A stretch of 64,000 nt of DNA from Patellaria atrata CBS 101060 (Eukaryota), in the NCBI GenBank assembly GCA_010093705.1, contig MU006089.1, positions 2,529,561 to 2,593,560 on the forward strand, written 5' to 3'. Under the pieces are notes generated by a model. It searched no databases, was not told where the DNA came from, and saw only the letters and a program-made list of their open reading frames with translations. The position numbers were made by a program, and so were the translations under genes. Of the stretch, positions 52,504-64,000 are shown piece by piece; position 1 is the stretch's first letter, and every line of letters starts with the position of its first letter.

Positions 52504-53880
52504 ATGACTACACGACGCGCACGTTGCGTAGTATGCTACTCCAGGAATCTTGATTCCGCACAGCATCTTTTATGTATCGAATGTGCAAAGCATGTGCCAT
52601 CCGATTTCGACTATGATAGACCAGATCCCCAGCAGTCACCTGATATGGGAAAAAATGCTGTCGATGAGGATATGGTTCATGTCAACTCTAACCCACCGGC
52701 GCAACAAACCTCAAAAATAGTTGAATACGGACAGACAAATTTTGCCAATCTGGCGGCTCAGAAAGAGGCCGAAGGTCCAGAAACCCCAACGCAGACAGAG
52801 GACGCGAACTTTATACATGTGGCGGAGACGGGAAATTCACCAACCGTTGTAAACGCGCCAACCACCGCAAACCGCAAGCGAAAACGAGCAAGACCAAGCA
52901 CTTACGCCCGGAAGAAGCGGAAGGTTGTGGTAGAACAACCTCCTCCCCCAGAATCGATTATCTGTCCAATCTGCGTTGAGGAGAAGGTCCTTGACGAGTT
53001 CCCAAGGATCAGAAGAGGGAAAAGCTCTGAGGTACCAGCATCATGTCAAAGACACCTTGCTATTAATGGTCGAGGGGTCTGCAGCTCACCTGACGGTCCG
53101 TACTGCAAGACATGTATTGGATCAACACTGGCAGCCTCCCTAGACACCAGAGGTCGAGCTTTAACTTGTCCTCAAGCTGGTTGTAATGTACCTTGGGGGT
53201 ATGATTACGTGGTACCCTTTCTTCCACGAGATCAGTTGGAGCGATATCATGACGGGCTAGTTGACGACCTGCTATTGACGCCTATGTATTTTCGATGTAC
53301 CCACTGCGATATCCCTAGTCAACTTGACAAGCGCGTGAGAGGCTTCCCGAACGTTGAGTGTGGGTATTGTACTAAGCGCTCATGCGCTCTCTGCTCCGTT
53401 GCGTGGCACGAAGATCTCAATTGCCAACAGTTCTGGCAGAAAGATATGGGTAAAACCGGGATTAGCGATCAGGAGAAAGCGACCTTGAGGGTTCTGAGTA
53501 AAACTGGCGCGAGGATATGTCCAAGGTGTCAGAACGCCATAGAGAAGAATGGTGGCTGTGAGCATATGCTTTGTAAGTATAAATCCTGGTCTAGAGTCAT
53601 GTTGATCGTTTGATCTGGTTTTGAAACCAATCTTTTGCATTACCTCTTAGTGTATCTGACAGAAACATTAGGTACCCGCTGCAATCACAACTTTTACTGG
53701 TCGACTGCAGAGCAAGTCAACGTTCCAGGAGCAAAGATAAAGAAGGTGAAAGTCCAACCATTTCCACCGCACTGGTTGTATAACGGCCAACAAGGATGTG
53801 AAGCGGATAATAAGAATCAAACTAATCAGACTGCCCTTGGATTCACCTTTGGAGCACCGGTCCCAGTGCCCCAAATTTAG
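52504..53880 (+). CDS. RBR (RING1-IBR-RING2) E3 ubiquitin ligase, one intron at about 53573-53671
   Basis: CPICVE..C..C..CPQAGC, IBR C..C..C..WH...C, RING2 CPRC...IEKNGGCEHM.C..C...F.W, and a basic NLS-like RKRKR. Confidence 0.9.
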
Positions 53881-54713
53881 ACATCGCGTACGGTATTTTG
53901 ATGTGGAGTTTGAGAGATCGTTGACTCTACGTATAGCTGACATGGGGCGTGAGAATACGGCGTTTGCAGAGTTTGCCGGTCGTGGGGTTGATGCGCTCAC
54001 ACTTGTGTGGAACAAACCTAACTGTCGATCTACGGTATTTGAGATTTGTTTCGTGAGATAAATTCCTAAACAAGACTTTGCTGCATGCATTTGAGATTAC
54101 TTCGCGTGGTGAGTGGTATGTTCCGTACTGATACATATCTCTTAGTAGGAATAGAACTAAGGAATCTCATGTAACAACGATATGTTACTTCACTTCTTGT
54201 CCAGCAATATGGCCAAGATGGACATGAAATCAAAAATGACTCTGAAGCCCCTCAAGGCTATAAGTGAACATTCGGCTGGAGGCATAAGACCACAGAACCA
54301 GCATATACCGACAAATCTTCACGCCAAGGTATTGTTGATATTGCGCAAATTTATCAGAGCCGCAAGAGCTAGGAAGCTGACGAAAGATCTTCGAATCTCC
54401 TTATACTTGCGCGCAGACGCAGGAAATCCCATAACTGGCCGAGATGGCTAATGGGCTGCAGCCTTGGAACGGTCACGTTTGCGCGCGCCCTTGGAGGCCG
54501 GGAGAGGGAAGATGGGAGAAAGGAAGGGGGTCCGCAAGGCTACAAATTTTTGCAGAGCCTCTTGTTGATGGGGGAGCCGAGCGTCGTGATGATATTCTAA
54601 TTTCAAAACTGTTAAAGGGGGACGGAGCGGAAAAGATACGGCAGGTGGTTTGTCTTCATGTTGGGAAAATGCTTGATGTCGAGCGAGTCCTCCATATACC
54701 TTATTGTATGGTG

Positions 54714-54736
54714 CAGTACAGTACAGTACAGTACAG
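54714..54736. repeat. (CAGTA)4 microsatellite
   Basis: CAGTACAGTACAGTACAGTACAG. Confidence 0.85.
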
Positions 54737-55972
54737 GAGGACCAGACGTGCGACCAACCAGTCAGAGAAATTGGCAGACAATATGTTATGAATTTGCGGC
54801 AGTCGAAATTTCTGGGCACGCTGATGCTTGGGTAGATGATAGCAGGAATGGAGGATGTGCTGTTTGCTATACACTGACTTTTAGAACTGTACCTGCGCCT
54901 CGCTCCCCACGCCTCCTCCAAGCCGAGATGGGTAAGTCATCAGCATGGACGAGCGCGCTGATACAGGATCAAAAAGGTCCGTGCAAAGTCTGAAGGTAGC
55001 AAAAGGACGAATGGAATGGCAGAAGTGGCATTTTCCCAAGTCCGGCGCTGGAGCAAGGCCTTGAGCACTTCCAAGGGTTCCTTTGAATTCTCAAGACCTT
55101 CGGGCCTACAGGAAGTTTGCTGGCCAAAAAGAGGAAAGTGCGATTAGCCAACTCGCTCTTTCTGATGAAGCATCAGAAGCCAAGGGAGCGTTCAGTCGAT
55201 CAGTCGTTCACGCCCAGTTCCCTCCATGCGCTTCCTGCCTTAATTCCTTCCCACCACGCATCTCCGACTACTAACACGACAATATTTTTTTTTTAATCAT
55301 TATCATCTCTGTTGTTTTGAAACTTCGTTCAACCAGAGGTTGGAGCCTGTTGACAATCGCCCCGTTTCTACTCCCCATAGCTAATTTTCCCTTCTTCGGG
55401 TCATTGCAGCCATGTAGACGCGAAGGAAATTGAGGGAGGCGAAGGTCACTCACGGTCAGACCTTCGCACTCGTTTTTCATTGTGGTTTTCTTGCTGCCTG
55501 CTTTCGTAGACGCTCTTAATAATGTTCAACTCGGAGCAGCACTTTTTGACTAGGGTCATCTACACCGGAAAGCTTGATTAAGCCTAACATAATGATCAAA
55601 GGAGCAATTGGGCCAGTGAGGAGGTTGAAGTCGCTTCTGATCACCTGTATGGAATACACCCACTCCACAGGAAGGACGCCACCCCGTCCCTCCAGCTCTT
55701 CAGTACGAAGTACATACCACACGGGTCATCCGCCTATCTCCTCTCTACTGTATAATTTCCTTATTGCTCCGCCGCTCGCCTTCGCGAAATCGTCATCCTA
55801 GTCTTCTTCCCTTCCCTAACGCCATACGTTCACACCTCACCCTCCTCCGTTTTGCTCTCGCACTGAAGAAGCAACCGCTTGCTCTTCGTCCATTCTTTGA
55901 ATCGTCTTCTTCTCTACTCCATCTTGATACCCTTTCTTCCACGTCTAAGTCTTGCTATAACTCAATGCCGTC

Positions 55973-57758
55973 ATGGATCAAGCACTCCCATATTCGACTA
56001 ATCACCAGGCGTTTCAGCCTTCAAACAATCCTCACTCTTTGGGCGTGAAACGTTCATTCTCTGGTGGCCGATATAAACAATACCCAACCCGCTCTCCATT
56101 TCCCACCGATCTGCCGGCTTCAGACTCACGATATACATCGGCTACTGCCTTTCCTTCTCCTCATATTTCCCAGGATCACTTAGAGCACATCATTGCTCTA
56201 AGTCAATATAGTGATGAGGATATTAACAAGTTGCTCCAAGCATATTCACATCTCAATGCCTTGATGATCGGTGGCTTTGACGTCCGTCTTCTGTCCAGCT
56301 GGCTTCAATTAGCGCGGAAATGGCCAGGTAAAGTCGACTATCCTCCTAATTTCAACACATTTTATACTCATGCGTCACTATATAGGAGCCGGTTCAAAGG
56401 ACTCGGGTTATGCAAGTTTGAATTCGTTCACGTCTTCGTACGCGGAATCTATAGGACCTCGTCTAGACAACTTCATAATCCAAACTGCACAACAACCGAC
56501 CCACATGGAAACAGGCATCCAAACCGATTCGAAACCTCTCATTACAATCCCAGCGCGTACAGAGAACAACTATTTATCCCCCACTTTTCTATCGGCGCCC
56601 CGATCTAGTTCAAAGCAACAGGATGCACGTGAAAGTCCTGCACCAGTACCAGCAAATGCACCCTTCCGAGAGTCGAGCATCAACAGTCCGGCCGGCCATA
56701 TACTCTCCCCGCGTCATACATTACCGCATACAACCCCTCCGAAAGAGAAACACTTTTTCTGCACCCATTGTCGTGATGATTTCTTAACCGAGGTCTATCT
56801 CAAAAAGCACGAGGTAACCTTTCACGGAAATATACTAAAGTGGCAATGCCCTCACTGTCAGCGCGACTTTCCTTCGCTGACTCAACTAAAGAGGCACCAT
56901 AACAAATGCCACCATGGAACAACAACAACCTCCGCAAAGGACGGTTGTAACGACAATTGCCAGCTTCCAGCTGCGGGCAAACTTTCGGGACCCAAAAAAA
57001 TTGCTTTTGCATGTGGATACTGTGTGACCTTGTTTGACAACTTCGAAAAATACCTCGACCATATTGTACACCACTATCAATCAACCGTAAAGAAGACCCG
57101 AGAAGATTGGTCCCTGACCAGGGTCATTGCCACTTTGCTCGAGCAGCCGGGCTTGCACGAGGCTTGGAGATCTTTCATGGCTAAAAAGCATGGGCCGATA
57201 GAAAGTTGGCCTTCCCTATCTTGGGAATTGGAAAATAGTATCGATGGTACGAGGCTCTTGACTGACCTAGAAATGGGGATCAATGAAAACGACAAAACAT
57301 TTCAAACCGCTTACGAGTTAGCAACAAAATCATGGTCTCAGGTTCCTGTTACGGGACTGGATCTCTCCGGGACGATCTCACCTCAAACCATATGCGAAGC
57401 AGGAAGCTCTGGACAAGGGCCAAAAGATAGTCTAATATTTTTAGAGGAAAATGATATCCTAGATTACTACAACGACTACGAACCTCCCAACCTAGACGAA
57501 CACCCCGCCCAGGGCGAACATCCCAAGCAGAGTTTAACCCAAGAGAATCTCAACCAATGGTATGGAGACAACTTCCACAACGCCATGAATCAGTTCCACC
57601 AACGAGAAGAATTCCTTGAACTGAATCCACCACATACTCTTATAACCACTCAATTGGATAAAGTTCCACATCAGCACGCGACACCCAACTTCTCCAATCC
57701 TCCTGATATACCATTGCCTCTTCCTCCCAAACGCAGCAAGGTAGACATGACCTTCTAA
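55973..57758 (+). CDS. C2H2 zinc-finger protein (exons 55973-56327, 56386-57758)
   Basis: Fingers FCTHC...HE..FH, WQCPHC...F.....LKRH, and ACGYC...F....YLDHI..H. A phase-1 intron joins the two ORFs in frame. Confidence 0.85.
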
Positions 57759-57953
57759 ATTCTTGACGCTTAACATCTTCAAAGGCACCTAGCGCAACTC
57801 TCCAATTAAATATCGTTTCGTCTTAGTATCTCCGCCGTGTTCGCAGGACGCACGCGCATCTTGGAGATTGACTTCTCTGGACCCTTAGCGCTGGATTCGC
57901 TCTCCATTATTAGTTATCTCCGACTTAGACTCACACTTTTCAATTTCCAGCAT

Positions 57954-58102
57954 CTAGCGAGCGTATCTTTTTCTCCCTTATTCACTAACGAGCGCGTCTT
58001 TTTCTCCTTTATTCACTAGCGAGCGTGTCTTTTTCTCCCTTATTCACTAGCGAGCGCGTCTTTTTCTCCTTTATTCACTAGCAAGCGTTTCTTTTTCTCT
58101 TT
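57954..58102. repeat. 31-bp tandem repeat, about 4.8 copies
   Basis: Unit CTAGCGAGCG[TC]GTCTTTTTCTCC[CT]TTATTCA starts at 57954, 57985, 58016, 58047 and 58078. Confidence 0.95.
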
Positions 58103-59061
58103 TACCGGCCAAATCTTTTCAAGTTTCCTCTTATGATCTGTTGGACTACGATTTGTAATTTACGCCGACATTCCCCAGCGATTTGCTTTCTTTCATCACA
58201 ATTTCTAGGTGATTTGTACCTGCTAGCAGGGAGCCATGGATCAAATTCTCCTTATCTGACGAAGACATCGTCGCCGCCCTTCACGCTGTTCCGAATCATG
58301 GAAAGTTATCAAAAATGGGTAATAAGGGGGTTCGGTCCGGTACACTAGTAATAGTGACATTCTTAACTTAGACTATAGGGTTGGAGCGCTTTGAGGTTTG
58401 GGTGGATTTATCTCTGAGCGTTTCTTGCAGTTTTTGCTTTTCCATTGGCACTGCATCATCACTTTGTATACGTATATCCCGTAACGACCTGGGATGGATC
58501 AAGAGTCTTGCAACGCCACATAGCACTGCACTGGGTTGAGGGAGGGTTTTTGTTTTTGGGCTACCCCTCCGATGGTTCTCGGAAAAGTTTATTCATCTCT
58601 TTTTTTTTTCATTCGAGATCTCTCCAGACCTGTTGTTGTACGATAGTGTCCGCTGCATAGGTTTTCCTTTTCTCTGGGAGAAAAGGTGGGAACTGGAGTC
58701 CTAATTAACCATAACGGAGATAAAAGCGAATCAAGGGTTCAATCCCCAATGTTTATTCTTATAGATACTAAGGCCACTACGTCTTATGATGATTTTTGCA
58801 TAGTAGTTCTCCGTGAACCATCAAACCTCTAACAGGAACGGAAGATGGATTGTCAGGATAATAACATAACCCCTATAACTGGACCACTCCTCGACGAATA
58901 GAAGCGAGTACGGAGTAATGAGAATATCTAAAGAGGCCAGCATCTATATGGAGACATTATCCCCGGTTAAGTTCGCATAATCTCTCCTGTTCACATGGTA
59001 TTGACACGCACGATGATGCTGATGAGGCACTTGAGCTCAACCCCACAGCTCCTGAACCGCC

Positions 59062-59073
59062 GCCGACATCGGC
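59062..59073. promoter_or_regulatory. Leu3/LeuB-type binding site GCCG-N4-CGGC
   Basis: GCCGACATCGGC lies about 120 bp upstream of the LEU2 ATG and matches the CCG-N4-CGG consensus. Confidence 0.65.
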
Positions 59074-59192
59074 TCCCATCCTCGGCCCGATCGTCACCAG
59101 AGCTTCCTCTAATATTTTGTCAGTTGGTTGGTCTTCTTTCGTCCCTCACTCTTTTTCCTTTTCTACAGTATTATTCTTAATCTTTGGATACA

Positions 59193-60665
59193 ATGGCTCC
59201 TTTCAAGATCGTAGTGTTTGGAGGTGAGTTCGCCGTACACACTTCTACAGAGTAGAGTTACTGATTCGGTTCCAGGTGACCATTGCGGGCCAGAAGTGAG
59301 TTCCGCTTTCGTTGTTCGGGCTCGATATCCCACTTGCTTACACGTTTTGTAGGTCACAGCAGAGGCGATTAAGGTATTTCATCCCCCGAAACTATACGAG
59401 AGCATGAGGGAGCTTACAAGAAGGGTTTTAGGTCCTTAAAGTAATATCACAGGAAAAACCGGACGTCCAATTCGACTTCCAAGAGCATCTACTGGGAGGG
59501 GTAAGAGGAGCTCTTCTACACGCAACATAACCCTCTCTGACAACTTTATAGTGCTCGATAGATGCATCAGGCTCCCCTCTGACAGATGAAGCTCTCAACG
59601 CCGCCAAAAACGCCGATGCCATCGTCCTAGGCGCAATCGGAGGTCCCGTACGTCTCTCACAACCCCCATCCCCCTTCCCCAAACGCACCCCCAAAACCCC
59701 CTGACTAACATCCCCCTCCAAAACAGAAATGGGGTACGGGTTCCGTTCGCCCCGAACAAGGCCTCCTCAGACTCCGCAAAGAGCTCCAAACCTTCGGCAA
59801 CCTACGCCCCTGCTTCTTCGCCTCGCCCTCCCTGGTCGAGCGTTCCCCGCTCAAAGCATCCATCTGCGAAGGCACAAACTTCAACATCGTGCGCGAGCTC
59901 ACGGGTGGCATCTATTTCGGCGAACGCACCGAGGACGACGGCTCCGGGTACGCTATGGACACCGAGCCGTACTCCCGCTCCGAGATCGAGCGCATCGTCC
60001 GGCTCGCGGCGCACCTCGCGCTGCAAGAGGACCCGCCGGCCCCCGTGTGGAGCTTGGATAAGGCGAACGTGCTCGCGACGTCCAGGCTGTGGAGAAAAGT
60101 CGTGACGGAGATTATGGACAAAGAGTTCCCGCAGCTGAAGTACGGGCATCATCTCATCGACAGCGCGGCGATGTTGATGATAAAAAATCCTCGCGCGCTC
60201 AACGGCATCGTCGTGACGAGTAATCTGTTCGGCGATATCATCAGCGATGAGGCGAGCGTGATTCCCGGCAGTCTGGGCTTGTTGCCGAGCGCGAGTTTGG
60301 GAGGCATTCCGGACGGGAAGACGAGGGTTAATGGCATTTATGAGCCGATTCATGGTGAGTCTCAACTAATAGCATCTCCTTCTAACACCAGCCGAACGAT
60401 TGGATGGGATCCGTATTGAAATCTCTTAGGCTCTGCACCCGATATCTCAGGTCAGGGTAAAGTCAACCCCGTCGCCGCAATCCTTAGTATCAGCATGTTG
60501 CTCAAGTACTCGCTATGCTTGCCCGAGCTAGCAGTCGCGGTCGACGAGGCCGTCAGGAACACCATCGAGAACGGCATCACGACCGCCGATATCGGAGGCA
60601 AGAATAGCACCACGGACGTCGGGGATGCGGTTGCAGCGGAACTGAGCAAGATACTGAAGAGATGA
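59193..60665 (+). CDS. LEU2: 3-isopropylmalate dehydrogenase (7 exons, including micro-exons)
   Basis: [62 protein letters not shown]. Confidence 0.97.
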
Positions 60666-61165
60666 TCGGAATGGTAATTGCTAAAAGTAGTAGTTTGTGT
60701 GCGCGTGTGGAAGAGTATGTATTCCCACCGTTGCGAATTTCAGGAAAATAGGTCGGTGCTAGGTGCTATGTGCTATCATGGTTATATTGGTTGCGGAATT
60801 GGTTGGGTATTAGATATATTCAATGTCTGGGATCTAGAAATGGAGTATTAGTGCTCCATTGATTTGTCATTCGAGTGTCGTACCATTATACGTGAATATC
60901 CCGCGTCCCGTTTCTTCACACTCTCCGCTCCATACAGTACCCTGGGAAATTGGTCCACGTATCGGGGATAGTAGTCCCTTAAGTAAAACGGAACATGTCA
61001 TCAATGGGATAAAAAGACAAAGCGAACCCTTCTACTGAAAGGAATAATCGAGGAACAACGGACTGGAGACGGAAATATTTTACTTGTCATCCGCTCACAT
61101 ATTCCAAACCTATAAAAAAACAAAAAGGTCAAGATTAAGATGATGGATATCTAAAATCGCCCAGT

Positions 61166-62466
61166 TCATGGTTTGGGGTTAGTCCCAGTATCATCAGGCC
61201 GACGCTCACTGTTGACATCCACGGCCACGACCTTGGATATCCCGCCTTCCCTCGAGGGTTGCATGGTAGGATGGAAATCGGAACCGGTCGGATGCCCACC
61301 GACGCTATCGGTTCTTGACTTCTCCGTTCCCGCGGCGGACCTGAGCAGATCCGCGGCCTCGGCGTCCCGGCCACCGACACATGTCATCGTCGTCCTCGAG
61401 GCGTCCGAGGTATCCTCCCAGGGGCGAAGGAAGCGCTTCTGGCCCTGCGGCGCGGCGGGCGAGGGACCGGGGCTGCGTGTGCGGGCGCGAGTCAGCGAAG
61501 GGGAGGTGTGGAAGGTGATAGTGCTAGCGCGACGCCAGGTGTAGACGATGAGGGGACGGAGGGTGGCGAGGTTCGCAGCGACGATGCCGGTGCCGGGCTC
61601 GATACAGGACCAGATTGCGATGTTGGCCGCGTTCCAGAAGAAGTCGGTGTGGTTGGTCAGACCCTCGATGTAGCGGAAACGGATGACGGAGCAGATGGAG
61701 CCGGCGGCGCCGAGGGAGAGGATGAGGCCGACGGAGAGCTTGGAGCGTGTGTTCATCGTCGGCGCGTTCCAGAGGACGGCGATAGGGAGGAGGGCGAAGA
61801 AGCAGTCGGAGGCTGTGGTTATGGCGGCGTGGGTGTAGGAGAGGGCGACTTGGACGTCGTGCGGGGCGCATTGGTAGCTCATGTATTTCGTGAAGTAGGT
61901 GTTTGGGTTGCCGCACATGAAGATTACGAAGAAGAAGAAGAAGAGGCTTGTGAGGGTGGAGAGGGCGATTACGATGTAGAGGGACCACTGGTGCCATCTT
62001 TTGATGACTATTCTCAACATGAAGATCCCTAGTGATACTTTTAGGAACATAGTGGTCATGATGTAAGATGCTTCTGAGACGATGATCCACTGGTTCTAGT
62101 GTCAGTTGCTGCTCAATTGGGAGGTGGGAAGTGTTAAGCGGACATCAATGACATTTTCAATCTGCGAGAGACTTTTGACATGTGTTCCGCCTCCATGTGC
62201 ATGGACAACTAGTAACGCTGTACAAAAGACAGAGAAGAGTATCTTGGAGATTGTCAGCGTAAAGAAAATGGATAGTAAACGACATGGCGGCCACACACCA
62301 CGGCTAATATCATAGTTACATCGTCCCACCCAAAGCTCTTTATTTGTATGATTCTTACATACAATCGAAGGGTTACAGATATCCAGGCCAATGTTAGAAA
62401 GACGATTGCCACGGTAAACTGCACATGAGCTCGAGATTGAGTATCAGTATTGGAATGAGGTGCCAT
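61166..62466 (-). CDS. PTH11-like/fungal rhodopsin-domain (SAT4 family) 7TM protein, 2 introns
   Basis: LRLYVR...FGWDD, KVS...F.LRI, D...ALLPI..LW, WS.IE.G.GI.AA.L.TLRPL. Confidence 0.9.
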
Positions 62467-63541
62467 GGTTTCCCATGAAGCGCTCAATCGTCTGCAGAGA
62501 GGAGTAATGAGAGGTCATTAGGGTGTTCGCACGTAAGACTGAACACTATGCATGTCTGATATAGAAAGTGGAAAGGTAAGAAACTTGAACGACACATTGG
62601 AAAGTGACGACAACCGGTATTTCTGTTTCCCACATCGAATACAATGTTTGACAAAACTCGTGTAACAAAAAGGTCGGGTGACACCAGTTCCTCCGGAATG
62701 GGTACTCAATAGACCAGTATGAGAGAAAGGAGAAACGGATAATAGGAAAGGGAAAAGATGAAAGAGAATTTGGAGAATAGAAATTGACGGATTGAAATCA
62801 TATCTTTGCAACCTGCCATCGTATTATACTCCATTGATGAACAGTAAAGCTTGAAAGTAAAAGTTATGACGAGAAACTTGTCGTTACGAGATCTACGTAT
62901 CCATCTGCAAGCGGATTGATGCCAGGGATATCGCCATGCGTCGTCAAGACATTTGGCGCTTGTGGTTGGTGGTACGGCACTAAGGTGGCTTCAGAATCAC
63001 TGTGCAGTGGTCACTTGACATGGAATGAATTAATTAGGTTCTGATATAAATAGGGTTTCTAATCGATAATTGACATATGCGGCGAGATGCTTTGTGATGA
63101 AAGTGAGATGGAGTTGTCAAGATCAATTGTACCCCTTGACCCCTGCTCTTGGCGCCCGAGCGACTCTGACGTCGATCCCTGGATCCCCCAAAAAATTCCC
63201 CGGCCTTGGTTTGTTTTGAATAATGGTCTGTGTACGTAGGTATGTTTAAGACAAGTTTATTCTCACATCATTTTAACGATGTTCATTGAATATCTGGATA
63301 CCTCTCGAGCGACTTGTCCAGCCCAATCGAGTAAAACTAAAGTATATCACTATTTATAAACAGTCTCCGGGATTAATGCGGGCTCCACGTTGTGTTTTAA
63401 AGCAAACCGCGAGATACGATTTCTTCGTCCATGTATTAACACCTAATACTCATCTGACATCACCTGACATATGTGCGCCTAAACCATCTCACGAAATAAT
63501 CGGAGTAGTGTGAAGAGATCACACCCGTATATAAACTCGAC

Positions 63542-64000
63542 ATGCCGCCGGGCACGCGTCGCCAGCCTCCTCCGGAGTCTGATCATTATGTGGACACTGA
63601 TAGCGAGGTTGAAGAAGTCAGTGGAGAGGAAGAAGAAGTTGATGTAGAAGCTGAGGATGTAGAGGAAGAGGAGGAGGAAGTCGAGGAAGAAGAGGATGAT
63701 GGACAAGGCGGTACGTTGCTTGTGCGGAGAGAAGGCAATCAAACCCCCGTTTTCGAGCTTCCACTCAGTCCCATTCCTGACTATTGGCTGTAGTAAAACT
63801 AATTCGGCACTCACATTATACAGAAATCCCAGAAATTTCACCCAATCCTCCCCCGATACCACCTAACTATAAAGAAATATCCGCACTGGCTTCCTGGACA
63901 GTAACTTCTGCGAAACCAGGTTGCGGCATCCCACAATTACGCAATTCGTCTACCTCTCTCTTCTGGCAGTCCGATGGTCCTCAACCACACTGCCTGAACA
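63542..64000 (+). CDS. APC10: Anaphase-promoting complex subunit 10 (Doc1), 5' part; runs off the window
   Basis: Acidic first exon, intron at about 63711-63823, then KEISALASWTVTSAKPGCGI...FWQSDGPQPH.LN. Confidence 0.92.

Noticed and set aside
58720..58752. tRNA-like T-arm GGTTCAATCCCC (similar motifs at about 10362 and 40990)
   Set aside because: No acceptor, D or anticodon stems could be folded around them.
11194..64000. Functional gene cluster (for example lipid genes IMPase/choline kinase/SLC1, or osmotic genes PBS2/CSC1)
   Set aside because: The genes are far apart and interspersed with unrelated housekeeping genes, and there is no backbone enzyme or shared architecture.

Overview
Gene-dense, intron-rich euchromatin from a filamentous ascomycete (Pezizomycotina). 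Evidence for this is short GT-AG introns with CTRAC-type branch points and fungal-type orthologues. The window holds about 25 unrelated protein genes: Hsm3-like chaperone, RPC31, inositol monophosphatase, GMC oxidoreductase, STRAP-like WD40 protein, Mis12/Mtw1, CSC1/OSCA channel, GPI-anchored protein, PBS2 MAPKK, PILS-type transporter, choline/ethanolamine kinase, SLC1, Ubx2-like protein, PAN3, Kv-beta-type AKR, RBR E3 ligase, C2H2 protein, LEU2, PTH11-like protein, partial APC10, and several orphans. It also holds a frameshifted SET-domain pseudogene, a 549-bp non-autonomous hAT element with perfect TIRs and an 8-bp TSD, and several tandem repeats. The most notable unexplained signals are: (1) an oversized RPC31 intron with C/D-box snoRNA-like motifs and a possible poison exon; (2) a cryptic, highly diverged 106-bp-period array at about 34.8-35.6 kb; (3) a GMC enzyme whose catalytic His appears replaced by Asp; (4) an orphan protein with five G-h-x-x-S-[KR]-[YFH]-A motifs; (5) recurrent strand-independent C-to-G skew flips. 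All calls were made by eye from motifs, and no database searches were run.
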